Positions 37,248-50,400 of a stretch of 64,000 nt of DNA are shown one piece after another; the stretch's first letter is position 1; the number at the start of each line of letters is the position of its first letter. A program made the position numbers and the translations under genes. The stretch spans positions 88,970,001-89,034,000 of the forward strand of contig OZ260662.1 in assembly GCA_965285935.1 (NCBI GenBank), written 5' to 3'. The notes under the pieces are model-generated. The model saw only the letters and a program-made list of their open reading frames with translations, did no database searches and was not told where the DNA came from. This DNA comes from Ophelia neglecta (Eukaryota).

Positions 37248-38161
37248 GTATGAGACCCATCATACGACACCATTACAGGGGAACCAAAATGGCTCTATGG
37301 CTGGATCTGATACCGAAACTACACAAATCGGACGACCTCTCGCCAAGATATCACCTTCTGGATAACTACGATAATAAAACTACATTCGAGGAGAAGGGGA
37401 CCAAACCTCTCAACTTGAAGGAGCTATTTCCCCACCCTCCAATCCCCCCGAATTCTCCACCCCCACGTTCAACTAGCCCCACTATACCCCCGAGCACCAC
37501 CGCTCTCCCCACTACCACAACGACATTACCTACTACCACCACCACCCGCAGACCCAACCCAAGTACCCACTGGCCCCATTCGCGGTCACGCCGCACCACA
37601 ACATTACCTGGCTGGCCTCCAAAAACTACTATCGGACCAACAGCCGCCGGTATGACCGCTAAAGACTCTACATTATCGCTCAGTGTTACTATAGCAGTAG
37701 GCTGCTCTTTATTGTTTCTCAACATTCTCATTTTCGCTGGCGTTTACTACCAAAAAGACCGAATGCGCATGGAGATGAAGATGCGCAAGCGTGAACTAGA
37801 GAAGGAACAACAGGAGGCGGCGCAGGGGGCGGATAGTGACCACCTGAAAAGTAGTACGGGTCCGGAGACGGACACCAACAGTTCCTCGATGGCCACACCG
37901 CCTATCCCACCCTCGATATCGCGGCACCAGATACAGCCGCAAATGACTACGCTACCGTACCCTAATAAGGGGCCGATACCCGTCATGCCTCCTCAGGCAC
38001 CCTACCATACCACCCCCTCGCGGCGTTCTCCCCGCCACCTTCGCCACATGGACCACCACACTCACGTGCTCGACCATGATGGCATGCTCAAACATTCTTC
38101 TTCCGCAGATTCCGGAACTGACGTCAATAATCACCATGGTAACCCATCGACAGTAGTATAG
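37248..38161 (+). CDS. NLGN: Neuroligin terminal coding exon: dimerisation helix, O-glycosylated stalk, TM helix, cytoplasmic tail, PDZ ligand
   Basis: tttcAG| acceptor. Encodes GMRPIIRHHYRGTKMALWLDLIPKLH, a P/T-rich stalk, LSVTIAVGCSLLFLNILIFAGVYYQKD (neuroligin TM signature) and ends HGNPSTVV* (class I PDZ motif T-x-V). Confidence 0.97.
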
Positions 38162-38507
38162 CGTAGGTGGATACTTCGCCTCTAGGATGTTGTGTTGTAT
38201 AGTGATGTATAGCTTTTGTACAAAAAAACGGGAGTTTTCAATTACTAAGAAAACCTCTCGATGATTTGACAATGTGTGTAGATGCATATCATGGATGCAC
38301 TGTCTATGCAGGATACTTGTGACGGAATTTATTATCTCCACATTTCCCGACGGAAACGTTTCCTTTTATTTATCGTAGGAAAATCCTTAGACAACAGGCG
38401 ACTAGTTGTTTTGCTATTCCATTTCTTCTGTCCAAAAATACAAGTCTTACAATACCTCATCTAGCCAGTCATTGTTACATATTGAGTATAATTATTTGTA
38501 TCAGATG

Positions 38508-38513
38508 AATAAA
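38508..38513 (+). promoter_or_regulatory. Candidate proximal poly(A) signal of neuroligin
   Basis: First AATAAA I found after the stop codon (about 350 nt downstream), followed by T/GT-rich sequence (tatgttgttttg). Another AATAAA is at 38841. The true 3' end cannot be fixed from sequence. Confidence 0.45.
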
Positions 38514-41500
38514 TTATCACTTTTAATGGAATCTATGTTGTTTTGATCATTGGAGAACTCGGTAGGATTACTAAGCATATACTAGGATCAACTTATATTC
38601 TGTCCCAATTTTTTATTGATTTACCAAGTTAGACATCCCCTCTAGAAGCTTATATGCCCTAGAAAGATACCAGGCCCATTGTTTGGTTAATATATTTTCG
38701 GCTTTCTCTATATTATACGTATTCAAATATAGGCCCTATATATAAGGCAGCAGATAAAACGTCTCTATTCGTTCCAGTCCAAATGGTAGGCCTATCCTTT
38801 GGAAAGATGAAATACTTTTCAGGTCAAAGCAAAGGACAATAATAAATATAATATTTTCATAAACTAGATAGTAGATAACTGATAGAAGATGGCTACATGT
38901 CTATAAAGATAGGTTTCTAAATGTCCTCAATGGTCGAATGTAGTATTGTCTATATCAACGAGGAGAGTGTGGTAAAACAAATGGATGCCACCTGATAATG
39001 TTCACTTCTTCTGTCATATATTCTTGTCACGAAAACATTACAAACCTGACCTTAGTTTAAAGTCACTAACCGGGGTCTTGGCTGGACTATTTGTCTTTCA
39101 TTTTGTCGGAAGCAGACGAAAGTTGCCAGGGATGTGCCTTTGGCTTAACGACATCGGATGACCTTTGGCATTTGTCAAGTTGGGGAAGTGTTCACCATCG
39201 TATTTCATGAGCAGAATGTGTTAATGCGACCTTCTATGCTCTTGGAAAAAAGTTTTTACAAGTCCCTTAGTTGTTACGATACACATTCACCAAGGACAGT
39301 TATGTAAGGGATAATTGCAAGATGGAGGTGGGTCTTAAATATAATATAAATGCCAGAGCCAAGTTCCAGGACCCGTGTTAAAGAAAAGCGTAGCCAATTT
39401 TTTACTTGGAACATAGCATGCTCAAGTCCTGCATTAATGGTCAACATTCAGCCTAGATTTTTTTCAGCAACTTAACTATAAAAACGCTAAGAAAATTCTT
39501 AATTCATACTTATATTTAAATCTTGTTTTTCTTGCACACGAGGCTTTATGGCATTATTTTTAAGGCACAGCGACACCTAGGCGATTATCACACTTATTAT
39601 AGGTGTATGGGGCCAGCTACTATTTGTCGACTACTAGACACTTCTCCCTATGTAAAACAATCTACCAGACAATTTCTCCTCATTCACAATGCGACCAGCC
39701 TTGCATACAAAATCTCCAGATGACCAATTCCACCGGCAAATGGTCAAAACTTGCCGCGGCTACAAGTCCTGAATTATCATGCTGTAAGCTGACAGGTAGT
39801 GCGCTTCTATAACTCCCTGCCCTTTCCCTCTAATATACTGTGCCTAAATATGTATATATATCAAAGATTTGGAAATTTTGATAGGCCTATTTGGACACTG
39901 ATGGGTGACTGGCTGAAATAATTTGATAGAATTAATAAATGTAGGCCCCTAGACAGAAGTCACTATATGCGTTAACTGAATAATGATACTAAATTAAGCG
40001 CATAACTATATATATTTCTTATCTGGATTTAACCATTGAATATTACAAAAATTGGCAGACGATCATATTTGGCTGTCGAGACGCGTCCGCTAAAATAATA
40101 GTCAAATTCTAACAATATAGGCATAGGAATAAATAATTAGAATCCAATATGTAAAACTGAAACAAAATGTTATTTTGGCTGGAACACGATTGTGACATGT
40201 AGGGTGATATGGGGTACATATTTTACTGCAACGAATTTACAAAGCTCAACCAATATCACACTTAACAAAATAAGTATGTGATATTTTCTTGCAAATTTGA
40301 GTTATCGATCATGGAGCCCAGATGAGACATGTGTGCCGTGCCACAAGGCGGCTAACTGAAAGTTGAAATTTGCTACGCGACTGGATGCCGTCCTCACGTT
40401 TGAAAGGCCATTGGTTTGTAGGGGGAAGGGAGATCATTCATTGTACTTCCGGTGGTTGACCTGGGAACTATACAGTAAAGTTAGCAATGCGATTTGTTTT
40501 TCGTATGGGGCAAGGTTAGGTAACTTTCAACAACATTTCATTGAAAATATATTTTCTTTTAAACCCACTCCGTTGCACTGCATGCATTGTTTCTTTGATT
40601 TTAAGACAGGGTTAGTCATATCAACATTAATAATGCTTATTTAAAGGCGTTTTCGTATAAGATGGTTTCCTTCGAGAGCAAATATATGCAATTAATAATG
40701 TGCTGGAAGAAGTTTATAGAAATTTGACCAGTTCCTAGATCCGTTTTGCCTTATTACCTCTTTAATGAAGAAAACTTCCGCCCTATCAAGTGGCACTGTC
40801 ACTAGGAATGGTCAATTATCCTACATATTTCATAGACTTTTGATATTCGGTAACATTATATCGGAAACTCAATGTATAATTAGTCTTTAGGCTATCACAA
40901 TTGAATGGATTTCTCGTTGGATTTACCTCAAAGAGGCAGTCTGGTTCAATGATAATATCGTTACGGTGTTAGTATGGTATGAAGTATCGAATTCATATTC
41001 AGACTAGGACTTATATCGCATATTACGATACAAAAATGGTGTCTTCCCGAACTGAATCTAATTATCAAATACAGGTGAGGTCCATTTTATTTTCCTTTCC
41101 GTTAAAAAGTAATGAAAATTTAGCGAATGGCCAGAGAATACTTTTTCAACCTGGATACGACTTATAAATACCCAGCGAAAAAAATGAACAGAAATAAAGG
41201 CATTTCCATAAAAAAAAAAACACGATAAGCAATATATTAATTGTCATATTGATAAAAATTTATAATGATGTAATTTCCTTTTTGAGTTCTTGGGCTGTTC
41301 AACGCCCGCTCGAGGAGGAAAAATATAGTCATTGACACTAACACTAACACTAGCGCTAATAGCTTGAAAAATAGTGCATAGTTTTTGCGGTAAACTATTA
41401 AAGATTCAACTCCAGAAGACAGTTGACACCAAGGGGGTTTAACGTTATAGTTAGTCAATGTTCTCGAAGTACCAAATTATCAGAAAACAATGTGCCTTCG

Positions 41501-44500
41501 TGGCTAACGCTCCTCGGAAGACATTTTGGGTAGGATAATTAATGAGCTGTAATTCTCCATTGAAAATAACGGACTCGAAATTAAGTAAAGACTGCCCTTA
41601 AGGGCACGAGTTACATAATTTCCAGTACATTCATTCCAAAGAGAAACTACACTGAATGAACTGACCACCATTTTACACATTTATTCAGAGGTTAGTTCAA
41701 TGCCTGAAATACTCCTGCGCCCACGCCGATTAATCTTATTCTCAATGGTTCAGTCATTGGCCACTGGTTAAGCTTCTCTCACCTGTGTTGTGCCAAGAAT
41801 TTGAATACCTAATATAGTTAATCCACCTCCAATATTAGGGCTATATCGTTATTCGTGTATGTATTGGCGAACATAAAGGTAGGTAAAATTTGCAAATATT
41901 CAGCGGAAGCAGGAGATAGGGCTCTGCTGTTGATAGGCCTAGTATATCTAAATAATAGCAGGCACTTTTCTTTTTTGAAAAAGTTAGGATCACACAATAG
42001 TAACGTTAGCGATATGCTGATATATCTCGATATTAGTCTTTATTGTCATCCGAAAAGCATGTTAATGTGTTTAGGAAGGATTTCTATCATTTGTGTACAC
42101 AACTTTATATATGATTTCTCTTTCAGTCTACGTGTAGAGTGATCCTGGTGGTTTTTAGTGACATTAAATACTATGTAATATTCTTATTTAGTATTTTATG
42201 GAAAATATGGATTCTTGGGGAAATAAACGGCAAAACAATTATGATCCCCTTCCTTCTTGGATGGTTTTAAAAATGTTGACCCCTGTTCGAGGTGCCATAA
42301 GTATCCCCCTCCCCCGGACATAAATAATGAACACTTTCAGATCATTTGGAAGAATTAACTATAAGGACAATATAGATGTTAACTAAGACTGTGTTTCGTC
42401 CATAGACCTTGAGGGCCAAACACTATAAAATTATTATTAACAGTAATCATAATAATTGACGCTCGTCATACAAATGATTACTTTTCTATCTAAACACGCT
42501 TATGCATGTATAATAGTGTGAAATTGTTTTGCCTTTGTATTTGAATCAAATGTTAATTTTTAGTTCAATTATTTATAAGAGTGTCACTTACCAAAAGCTG
42601 CAGTTCCCTTTTGGTAAGCTTGGGTGGCCCAGTTCCTTATTAGCACGCTAGGGTGCATAAAAAAGGCCTGGAGCACTCCAGGGTGTAACATGGTAGTTCC
42701 ATTTTAAAACCAGGGGACTACCAGAAACAATAGAACCATATACTATGTTCTTACGAATCTGAATAACCAAACAGCTCGTGAGTTTCGTAGTTTGTCTTCA
42801 ACTATCAACCGGGGCTCTAAAATTCTTTGGTGCCGAAATATTATAAAAGAGCAATAGAAAGAGTGTACTTATTTGTAGTATTGTAGCTGTTCCTCAGACA
42901 ATAACTCTTACATCAACCTCTGCCCACACTGGGTCCCTGGTTAAAAGCCACCTTAGCTCAAATAATCACCTTGAATAAAGAATAAAGAATTGCCCAGTTT
43001 TGCCCTTAGATAAATCTCTTAAGTCCTTGGCACTAAAATATAAAAAAATAATCGATTAGAACTCTTGTTAATTAACCTTTGTTCTTTACTTTCTTTTTTA
43101 AACATTCCCTTTCCGTTTATATAGGGTTTCTATGACATGGATTCCTGCAGCTTGCACTTTTCCAGGATTGTTGTGCTAATACTTGCTGGTAGAGAGCCAG
43201 TCTGCCATGTGATACGATTCAGTTTATTGCCCGACCAGTGCACCATTACTGTGGTAATCCAATATGGCCGTATAGCAGCAAGATTAAATATACCGCCTGG
43301 CAGGCTACAGTGGCCTTGTCTTCTCAATAAAATGGTTAAGGATCAGTTAATTCCACAGTGAATAAATCCTGTTGTCCTATGTCAATATCGCTCCGAACTA
43401 CTCGTTTGTGGGCGGTGCACCCAGAAAAGTGTCACCATAAACGACACAAACAAATAGCACTTGCCTACAGTACAGTCTCGCTGCTAGTTTATTCAAGTCC
43501 AATACTTCTTTTGTCGAACATTTTCATGGCAAGTACAAAATATATTTTTTGATATTGTTCATCAGGTTGACATTATTAAATTCTATTGTTGTAATCATAC
43601 TTAAAAATAATTTCCCCTAAGACTAAAGATCTATAGTTTTTATAGTAGAACATTGTAATGGTAAGGTTGCTCTAATGCCATTTGACTACAGATAGTATTC
43701 AGTTCAATGCCAAAATGTATACATTCGCGCATAGTTTATTTCCGGGAAGTACTGTACATACCCTTTATACCCACACAACCTGCTTGGAATAATGCTGCTC
43801 ACCCTACACTTAATTTATTCGCTTGGTTTCATTAAATCGATTCTTCTCTCATGGGGCAAGTTAGGAAAATCCTACATAGTTTATTTGTGTCGTCTGCAAG
43901 ATCACAGTTATGCCTATTACACTGTAGGAAGTAAGCGTCCTCATTTAGGCATGTTTTGCTGAAGCTATGCGGAGTGAACTCGAGATTCAGCAATGTCCCC
44001 AGCCGCACGCCAAGATATGTATTTCTGACGCTTATTCTAATAATAGATGCCAGGGGGACGTCAAGGTCATTTGAGGGATTATTTCAACCTTGAATTGTGT
44101 TAGAAGCCAGTGGAGCCTACCATTTCTGACAGTTTAAATGATCAAATTGGGCAAAATTGAGACTCGGTTATTTGGTATGCAAGTGGCTTGCTGGGGGCAA
44201 CATCTACTTTGATCTATTCTAGCTTGTCTGCCCCTGTGTCGAACCATATGCTGGCGTGTAAGATAATTGCTCTAGATGACCAGAATATAAATCAGGAAAA
44301 TTCAATATTTCGCAAAAGACATGGCAATGCAATACATCAGATCATTGGAGCAATTTGTATGAGAACAGTGGCGTAGCATTGGAATTGGAGGTCTGGTTTT
44401 AAATTTGATTTGTCCGCGTACAGACTTGGGAGTTTTTGTCTTTATTTTCAGCATTTACCAATGATTAAATACATGGTGCCAGCACAGGTTTTTATGTTGA

Positions 44501-45858
44501 GATCTATATCATAGAAACCTTACCATTTTCATAAATCTATAACCCGAAATGTTGTGAGGGGCATGCACTAGTGATTTGATTCAAGTATAGGCTTGTTTTT
44601 ATGCTATTCATCCATAAATTACTGTACCTTTCCGAAAATGGAAGTATGGTCTCATTGAAAAGCCATTACACGCGTCTATATAGAATAGAGCCACTGGCAC
44701 CCATTAACTAAGTCCAAAATGGATTTGTATTACTTTGGCCGTATGTGACTCCCCTGAGTAATTGTCCGTTATTGAGGTCTCATTGTTGAGAGGATTAGCT
44801 GGCCAAGACATCCCCACAGCTTGAGCTCGTACCGGCGTACCTCGTCAACATATGTCGCTCTGGGGTTAACTGGTGTTTATTTGCCATTTGACCACTTACG
44901 GTAATCAGATCACAACCAGACGACAGCCTTGGGGTCATTAGCTCAAATCAGTGTGTACCGACTAACAAGGACCAGAGAACAATGTCTCTATTTGCGCAAT
45001 TTTTATATTCATGGGGTGTTAACAATGGATTATACTTGCACCGATGTGTTAGTGAGGTACCAGAGAGATGCTTTGGTGACCTGTCCGCGAGCCAACTATA
45101 CGGCTAGCTCATTTCGGAGTCAATCATTGTGTTTTGACCTTTCTTTGACCTTTCCAAAGCACATACTGAATTATAGGCTGACCCGTGTGACGGAAAGTTG
45201 GTTCGTGAATAAGATTTATTCATGGAAGGCAAGGAAAATACGCGCGAATACTCAATCCTGAGGAAATTAGTTGACCTGTTAGTCACCCGCCGTCTTTAGA
45301 CTGATCCCCAAAGGAAGCAGAAGTGACAGTGTATTGTTACAGCCGCTATCTACACGGACCTCTAGTGACTACATTTTGCGGGGGAATCTTTCATCAGTTC
45401 AAAGGATGTGAAAGTGCTGGAGGACGTATGAGCGTGATTTTTAAGGTGATGGAAAGGCAAGAGATAATTACCAAGTTGAATTGTGGTATTTTTAATAAGA
45501 CAACCACTTATCATATCAATCCATAAAAACAGTAACTAGTTTCTAGCAGTTTATTTTAACTGATTTGTACATAAAATGAACATAAATTTCATTGGTCAAC
45601 GTTTGAGACCATGAGCGGCGTAATTTTGCAGGGGTTTCGCTTGAACAAATTGGGGTCAGAATTCAGATATAAACATTTTATTCAAAGCCCTGTAATCACT
45701 TAATCATAGTCATGATATTTTAAGCGGTTAGCATGTCAGATGTGTATATTTGTGAGGTAATTTTTTGTAATTGGTGCCATCATTCGAAAATGGAACTGTT
45801 GATAGATATCAAAAAACCCATTCTTCCATCACAAAATGGGCTATAAGGAATATAGAAT

Positions 45859-46030
45859 AAACGGCCATCCAGATATGGGAAATACGGAGCCGCAGGTGAT
45901 GTATGCCCTTTTCCGAGTTGACGAAAAGGCCATCATCCTTCTGTTTTAACCCCGCTTGGCGGCTTCCGCCTCTCGGTGGCTAGCGCCCTCCGGTGATAAC
46001 GGCTATTCAGAGAAACTCACGATACCGTTT
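45859..46030. mobile_element. Palindromic non-autonomous repeat, unclassified
   Basis: Inverted ends AAACGGCCATC...GATACCGTTT and an internal hairpin ggcgg-ctt-ccgcc. Similar ends (agaataaa...ataccgttta) occur at about 26144-26289. Confidence 0.35.
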
Positions 46031-46389
46031 AAATGAAAATACACCTTGGAAACTACCAGATGAATTCTTTAATAGTGCCCGTCAAACCCTCTGAGACCCA
46101 GAAGAGTGCCAGCCTTGGTTTATATATATACAAAGTGCCTGCCTCTTTTTTAACACATACAAAGTCATATGTTTATATTTAATGCAAAGTCCCATTACAA
46201 GGAAAAGAACCAGTTTCCCATTGACATTCTGACGCACATGAAACAGGTGTTGCCCAGATGGGAAGGGAGATTGGGTCATTTAACCCCGTTTCCACCAGAC
46301 CAGACCTATTTCCGGACCTACGCAAGGTGGTTTCAGAGGGTTGGTACCGGGGACAATCCAGACATTGGCCTTGTCATTTTTGGAAAATT

Positions 46390-46432
46390 TGCCCCCCTGC
46401 CCCCCCTTCCCGAAATCCTGGATCCGCCACTG
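46390..46432. mobile_element. Solo MITE terminus (..CCCCC..CCTGGATCCGCCACTG)
   Basis: Common invertebrate MITE end (CAGTGGCGGATCCAGG on the - strand) preceded by C runs; partner end not found. Confidence 0.5.
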
Positions 46433-46433
46433 A

Positions 46434-46779
46434 ATAATGTTCAAAGTATCCAAAGAGCTATCATCGAATTGTCGTTACTGACATTACATAATGTCAACAG
46501 TATCTATAGGGCTATCATCGAATACTACTTACTGACATGACATAACATTGACGTTATCTATAAGGCTATCATCGAATTCTACTTACTGACATGACATAAC
46601 ATTGACGTTATCTATAGGGTTATCATCGAATTCTACTTACTTATATGACATAACATTGACGTTATCTATTGGGCTATCATCGAATTCTACTTACTTACAT
46701 GACATAACATTGACGTTATCTATAGGGCTATCATCGAATACTACCTACTGACATGGCATAATATCAACAGTATCTATAT
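46434..46779. repeat. 54-bp minisatellite, about 6.4 copies
   Basis: g(c/t)tatcatcgaat starts at 46457, 46511, 46565, 46619, 46673 and 46727 (exact 54-nt period). Confidence 0.95.
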
Positions 46780-47265
46780 AATTTATAGGTTTGTCCGGAC
46801 CACATTAGGTGGTGGGTATGTTCATTAACTCCTTAAAGGCAGGTGTCAAATCTGACACCGGCAAAAGTCTGTGTCAGACAATCTCTACACCATGGTCCTA
46901 CCTGATAGAATAGTATTCTTAGAAACCCCACAAAAGTCTTGAAAACGTCAAAAGTCTTCGGAGTGTCTACCCGTTGGACTTGTCTTTGAAGAGACGCCGG
47001 GTGTTATCATCCGATCATCCGGTCAAACCATACATTATGCATCCTTTCGACCACCTCGATTTCTACCACCCTGCCCTAACATAATTTACTATTTACGAAT
47101 AAAGGAAATTTCATATCAAACGAATACAGTAACAAAGAGAGCACATTAATATTAGGTGATATTCACTTGACCATTGTACCATAGTTTTACAAATGCATAC
47201 ACGTGCTAATGTAATTAGCATATTCTGCATGTGCAAATTGATTTTAAAAAAACCACTATCATGTA

Positions 47266-47443
47266 CAGTGAAACCCGTGAATTAAGATCACCCAAGTGAC
47301 TGGACAATTGTGGCCTGATTATAGGGGTGCTTTTTTTGTACAGGTTACTTTACTTTGATATTGTACATGACGGTCTTCATATTAATGGTCTGAATTGACA
47401 CGTGGTCTGAATACAGAAGTGGTCTTTAAGGCAGGTTTCCCTG
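47266..47443. mobile_element. Tc1/mariner (pogo-like) MITE, 178 bp
   Basis: TA|CAGTGAAACCCG...CAGGTTTCCCTG|TA: TIRs plus TA target duplication, with internal GTGGTC sub-repeats. Confidence 0.85.
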
Positions 47444-50400
47444 TATTCTAACAACTTATCATTGTCTATTTAGTAGGTCTACAGACAATAGTCTTACTGA
47501 AAATGGCCCTAGATATCTTGCTTTTTATAACACAACAACTAAATGCTTTATTCATTGGGATATATATTCCCTTTTCATCCGCTGGGTTCGCATACCGTTG
47601 AAACTATTGATGGTGAACTATACATATGTAATCAATTTCCTCCGGAATGTGCATTATAAATCCCCGCATTCCTAAAAGGTTTCTATGGCGGCCCAGCCAT
47701 GGCATTGTTTAGCCCGTTTGAAGCCCAATAATATAGTGCCCCTTACTCCAAGGCATACCATGATTTCCCAACAGAATATAACAGCTCAAGTCTAATGTCT
47801 CAATATTGCTTTGATATTTTATTAAGAATAACGTTACACACGATACGTTGCAGGACGAGCTAAATCCGAACCTTCTGGGCATTGGCCGTCCTCCTGTTTC
47901 CCTTAAACCAGTGCAAAATCATTTCACCCGATAGTGTATATCACTTTATGAACTATGAAGAATAACTTGGCATTTCATTTGAGGATAATGAACCAATCAG
48001 GCTGTTTATGGCCAATAATATTCATGAGGCTTGATGGCAAAAGACACTGGCAATGACCACTAAAGGAAACGAGAGAAGCGCCTCACTGACAAGCCTGGCT
48101 AAAGGCCAGCTGCAGGCCCTATCATTGTAGGCGATTTGCACCAATATGGCTCATTTAAAGACAGCTCCATAGTGTCACTGATGCCAGTTTCGAAGGGCCT
48201 TATCGCATCTTCTCGAAAGTCGAGTTATGCTTGATATTCTAATGCCAAGACTTCGAAGCCCATTTTCCTTGGATTTTCTTTAGAATCAACAATTAAGACA
48301 AATCACTTATTTAAAGGTATCAGTCCAAATCTCAATACGCTTCTAAGCACTTACATTTCGTCTAGTCGGCCATTTCACAAAAAAATGATCTCCTACCCTT
48401 AGTTACGGCGGCTACTGAGCAAAACCTCTCCCGTTTTACTTTTATCATGGGCGCATTGTCTAGCGAACCTCCTTTTGGAAACTGTTTACTGCGCACATGT
48501 TTGATCGTATGCATAGTGTACTTGGCCAATTACATTCAGGCTAATAAAATGTATAAGCTCCGCTCTCAAGAATCCGAATGGCACACGTAACCCAACGTAA
48601 AAGGCTTGTGTGCTGAATGACCTAAAATACTCTGTCCTCCTGAATCAAAAGGTCCTCATGAAGAAATAGAATAGGGCGGATAAAAGATAGGCCACTGTGT
48701 GCTTGGGTGGAATTAAGACTGATATCATTATATAGAAATATTCATCACTTCTTTTTTTTCACATTACTCAGTGTTTGAGTGTGTCGCCATGGCGATGAAA
48801 ATATAAGAGTCCGACGCATTTACTCTGTTTAAAACTAAGAGCTGTTGAATATGCCCAAGGTCGAACCAATTTATATATTCGGTTATTTCACTAGATTGGT
48901 GTCATCATATGTGTAACAATACCCAAATATACAAAAATGAAGTAGAAGCAAATACATTAAAGTGTACAAGCAGTAAAATATTTTGATCCATTCAAATGTT
49001 AAAAGCTTTCAGCTATCTATCAGGCCTGTCGTATATGTGACCCCTTGATTCCTTAACCACTGTTGTTGAAAGTTAAATTGCCAGTCTGTGCATCTAATAC
49101 AATATTCATATTCCCTTTACCCTCATTCTAAGCTAACCGTGTCCAGTCTTTCAGAAGTCATACTTTTCAACAACTTCCAATTTCATATTACAAGGCGAGC
49201 GGCCAAGTTGCAGATTTTCAATGATTTAATGCTCAACTCTACACAAAGTAACACATACATCAATTGAGAGCTTATTAATTCTATTTTCAGAAAAAGCCTG
49301 TTGTTTAGCATCCAGATAGCGTAGCTTTCTGAAAAACCGAATTTTATGAGGGTACCACCAGGTTACAATGTAAATTTCGTATAGGGTCAGTATCAGGCAA
49401 TTTGGCTTAACCATTGCTGTTTTCTTAGCAATACATAGCTCTGTGAATGACATGTCTTAGATCATAGGACTTGGTGTCATATGCATCTACGTCATACTGA
49501 TATTAGTGATTATGTTGCAGATGCACGTGTTGAGTCACAATAAAAGGGCGACTGGTTCACTTTACACAAGTAACATTATATAGCACTATCTACTATATTA
49601 GGAGGTTTACTAATGAATGACTGAACGTATTACCCTGATATGATAGCTGCTAAAGTTCCACTGTCCACGCGTTTTTATGCCACATCTGACGGGAGAGCAA
49701 TCGTATCATGCAGATTCATGCAGGTCCAAAATCCCATAAGAACCAGTTGTGCTTTGCAGTAAGAGTAGAATTTTTAATACTTATGTGACGGATGCTTCGA
49801 GATTACCTTCAAACAACATTCATTCTAATATCATCGTATACGCGCATTTTGTCCCTTTTTTATTTTTAAAAATCCCTATTTATCACTTAATTTGGCCGAA
49901 ACAAGTGTCTTCGAATATGGCTAGAAGATTTGTTCACATACAACATAGTATGAGAGATTTAGACCTGATAATAATGATCATGCTTCTGGCAACCTAGCCC
50001 CATCTTCTCGAAAGAGTTATGAATTTCTTTCCTATTTGATTGGAATGAACAGTTGCAATCAGAATACGGTGCCTACCATGTTCTGGCTCTAATGTGCCTC
50101 ACCTCTGTTCTATGTTATAACAGATGAAGTTATGCACTATGGTATACGTAGTCGCAAGTGTAAAAAAGTTAACAGCGGAAAAAATTACGAGGTTGTTCTC
50201 TCTCGACTGATCCCTGCCTTTGGTTAATAAACCAAGCACTTGAGCCTGAGTCACAGCACACAAAAAAGGAACAATTCAGTAGAAGAGCCATTAAAATAAA
50301 TTGAGGCAAAGGGCCAGCGCACATTACAAAGAATTATGGAAGTGACTTTCATCAAATCATAAAGGTTTGTATTTTGAATTAAGTCGTTTATCAGAGTTGA

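Noticed and set aside
37366-38341. Antisense ORFs (121, 79 and 129 aa) over the last neuroligin exon, and those at 25367-25570 and 25800-26102
   Set aside because: Shadows of GC-rich or low-complexity sense codons; no independent coding evidence.
46434-46779. Regularly spaced repeats resembling a CRISPR array
   Set aside because: The whole 54-bp unit repeats with no unique spacers; eukaryotic context, no cas genes.
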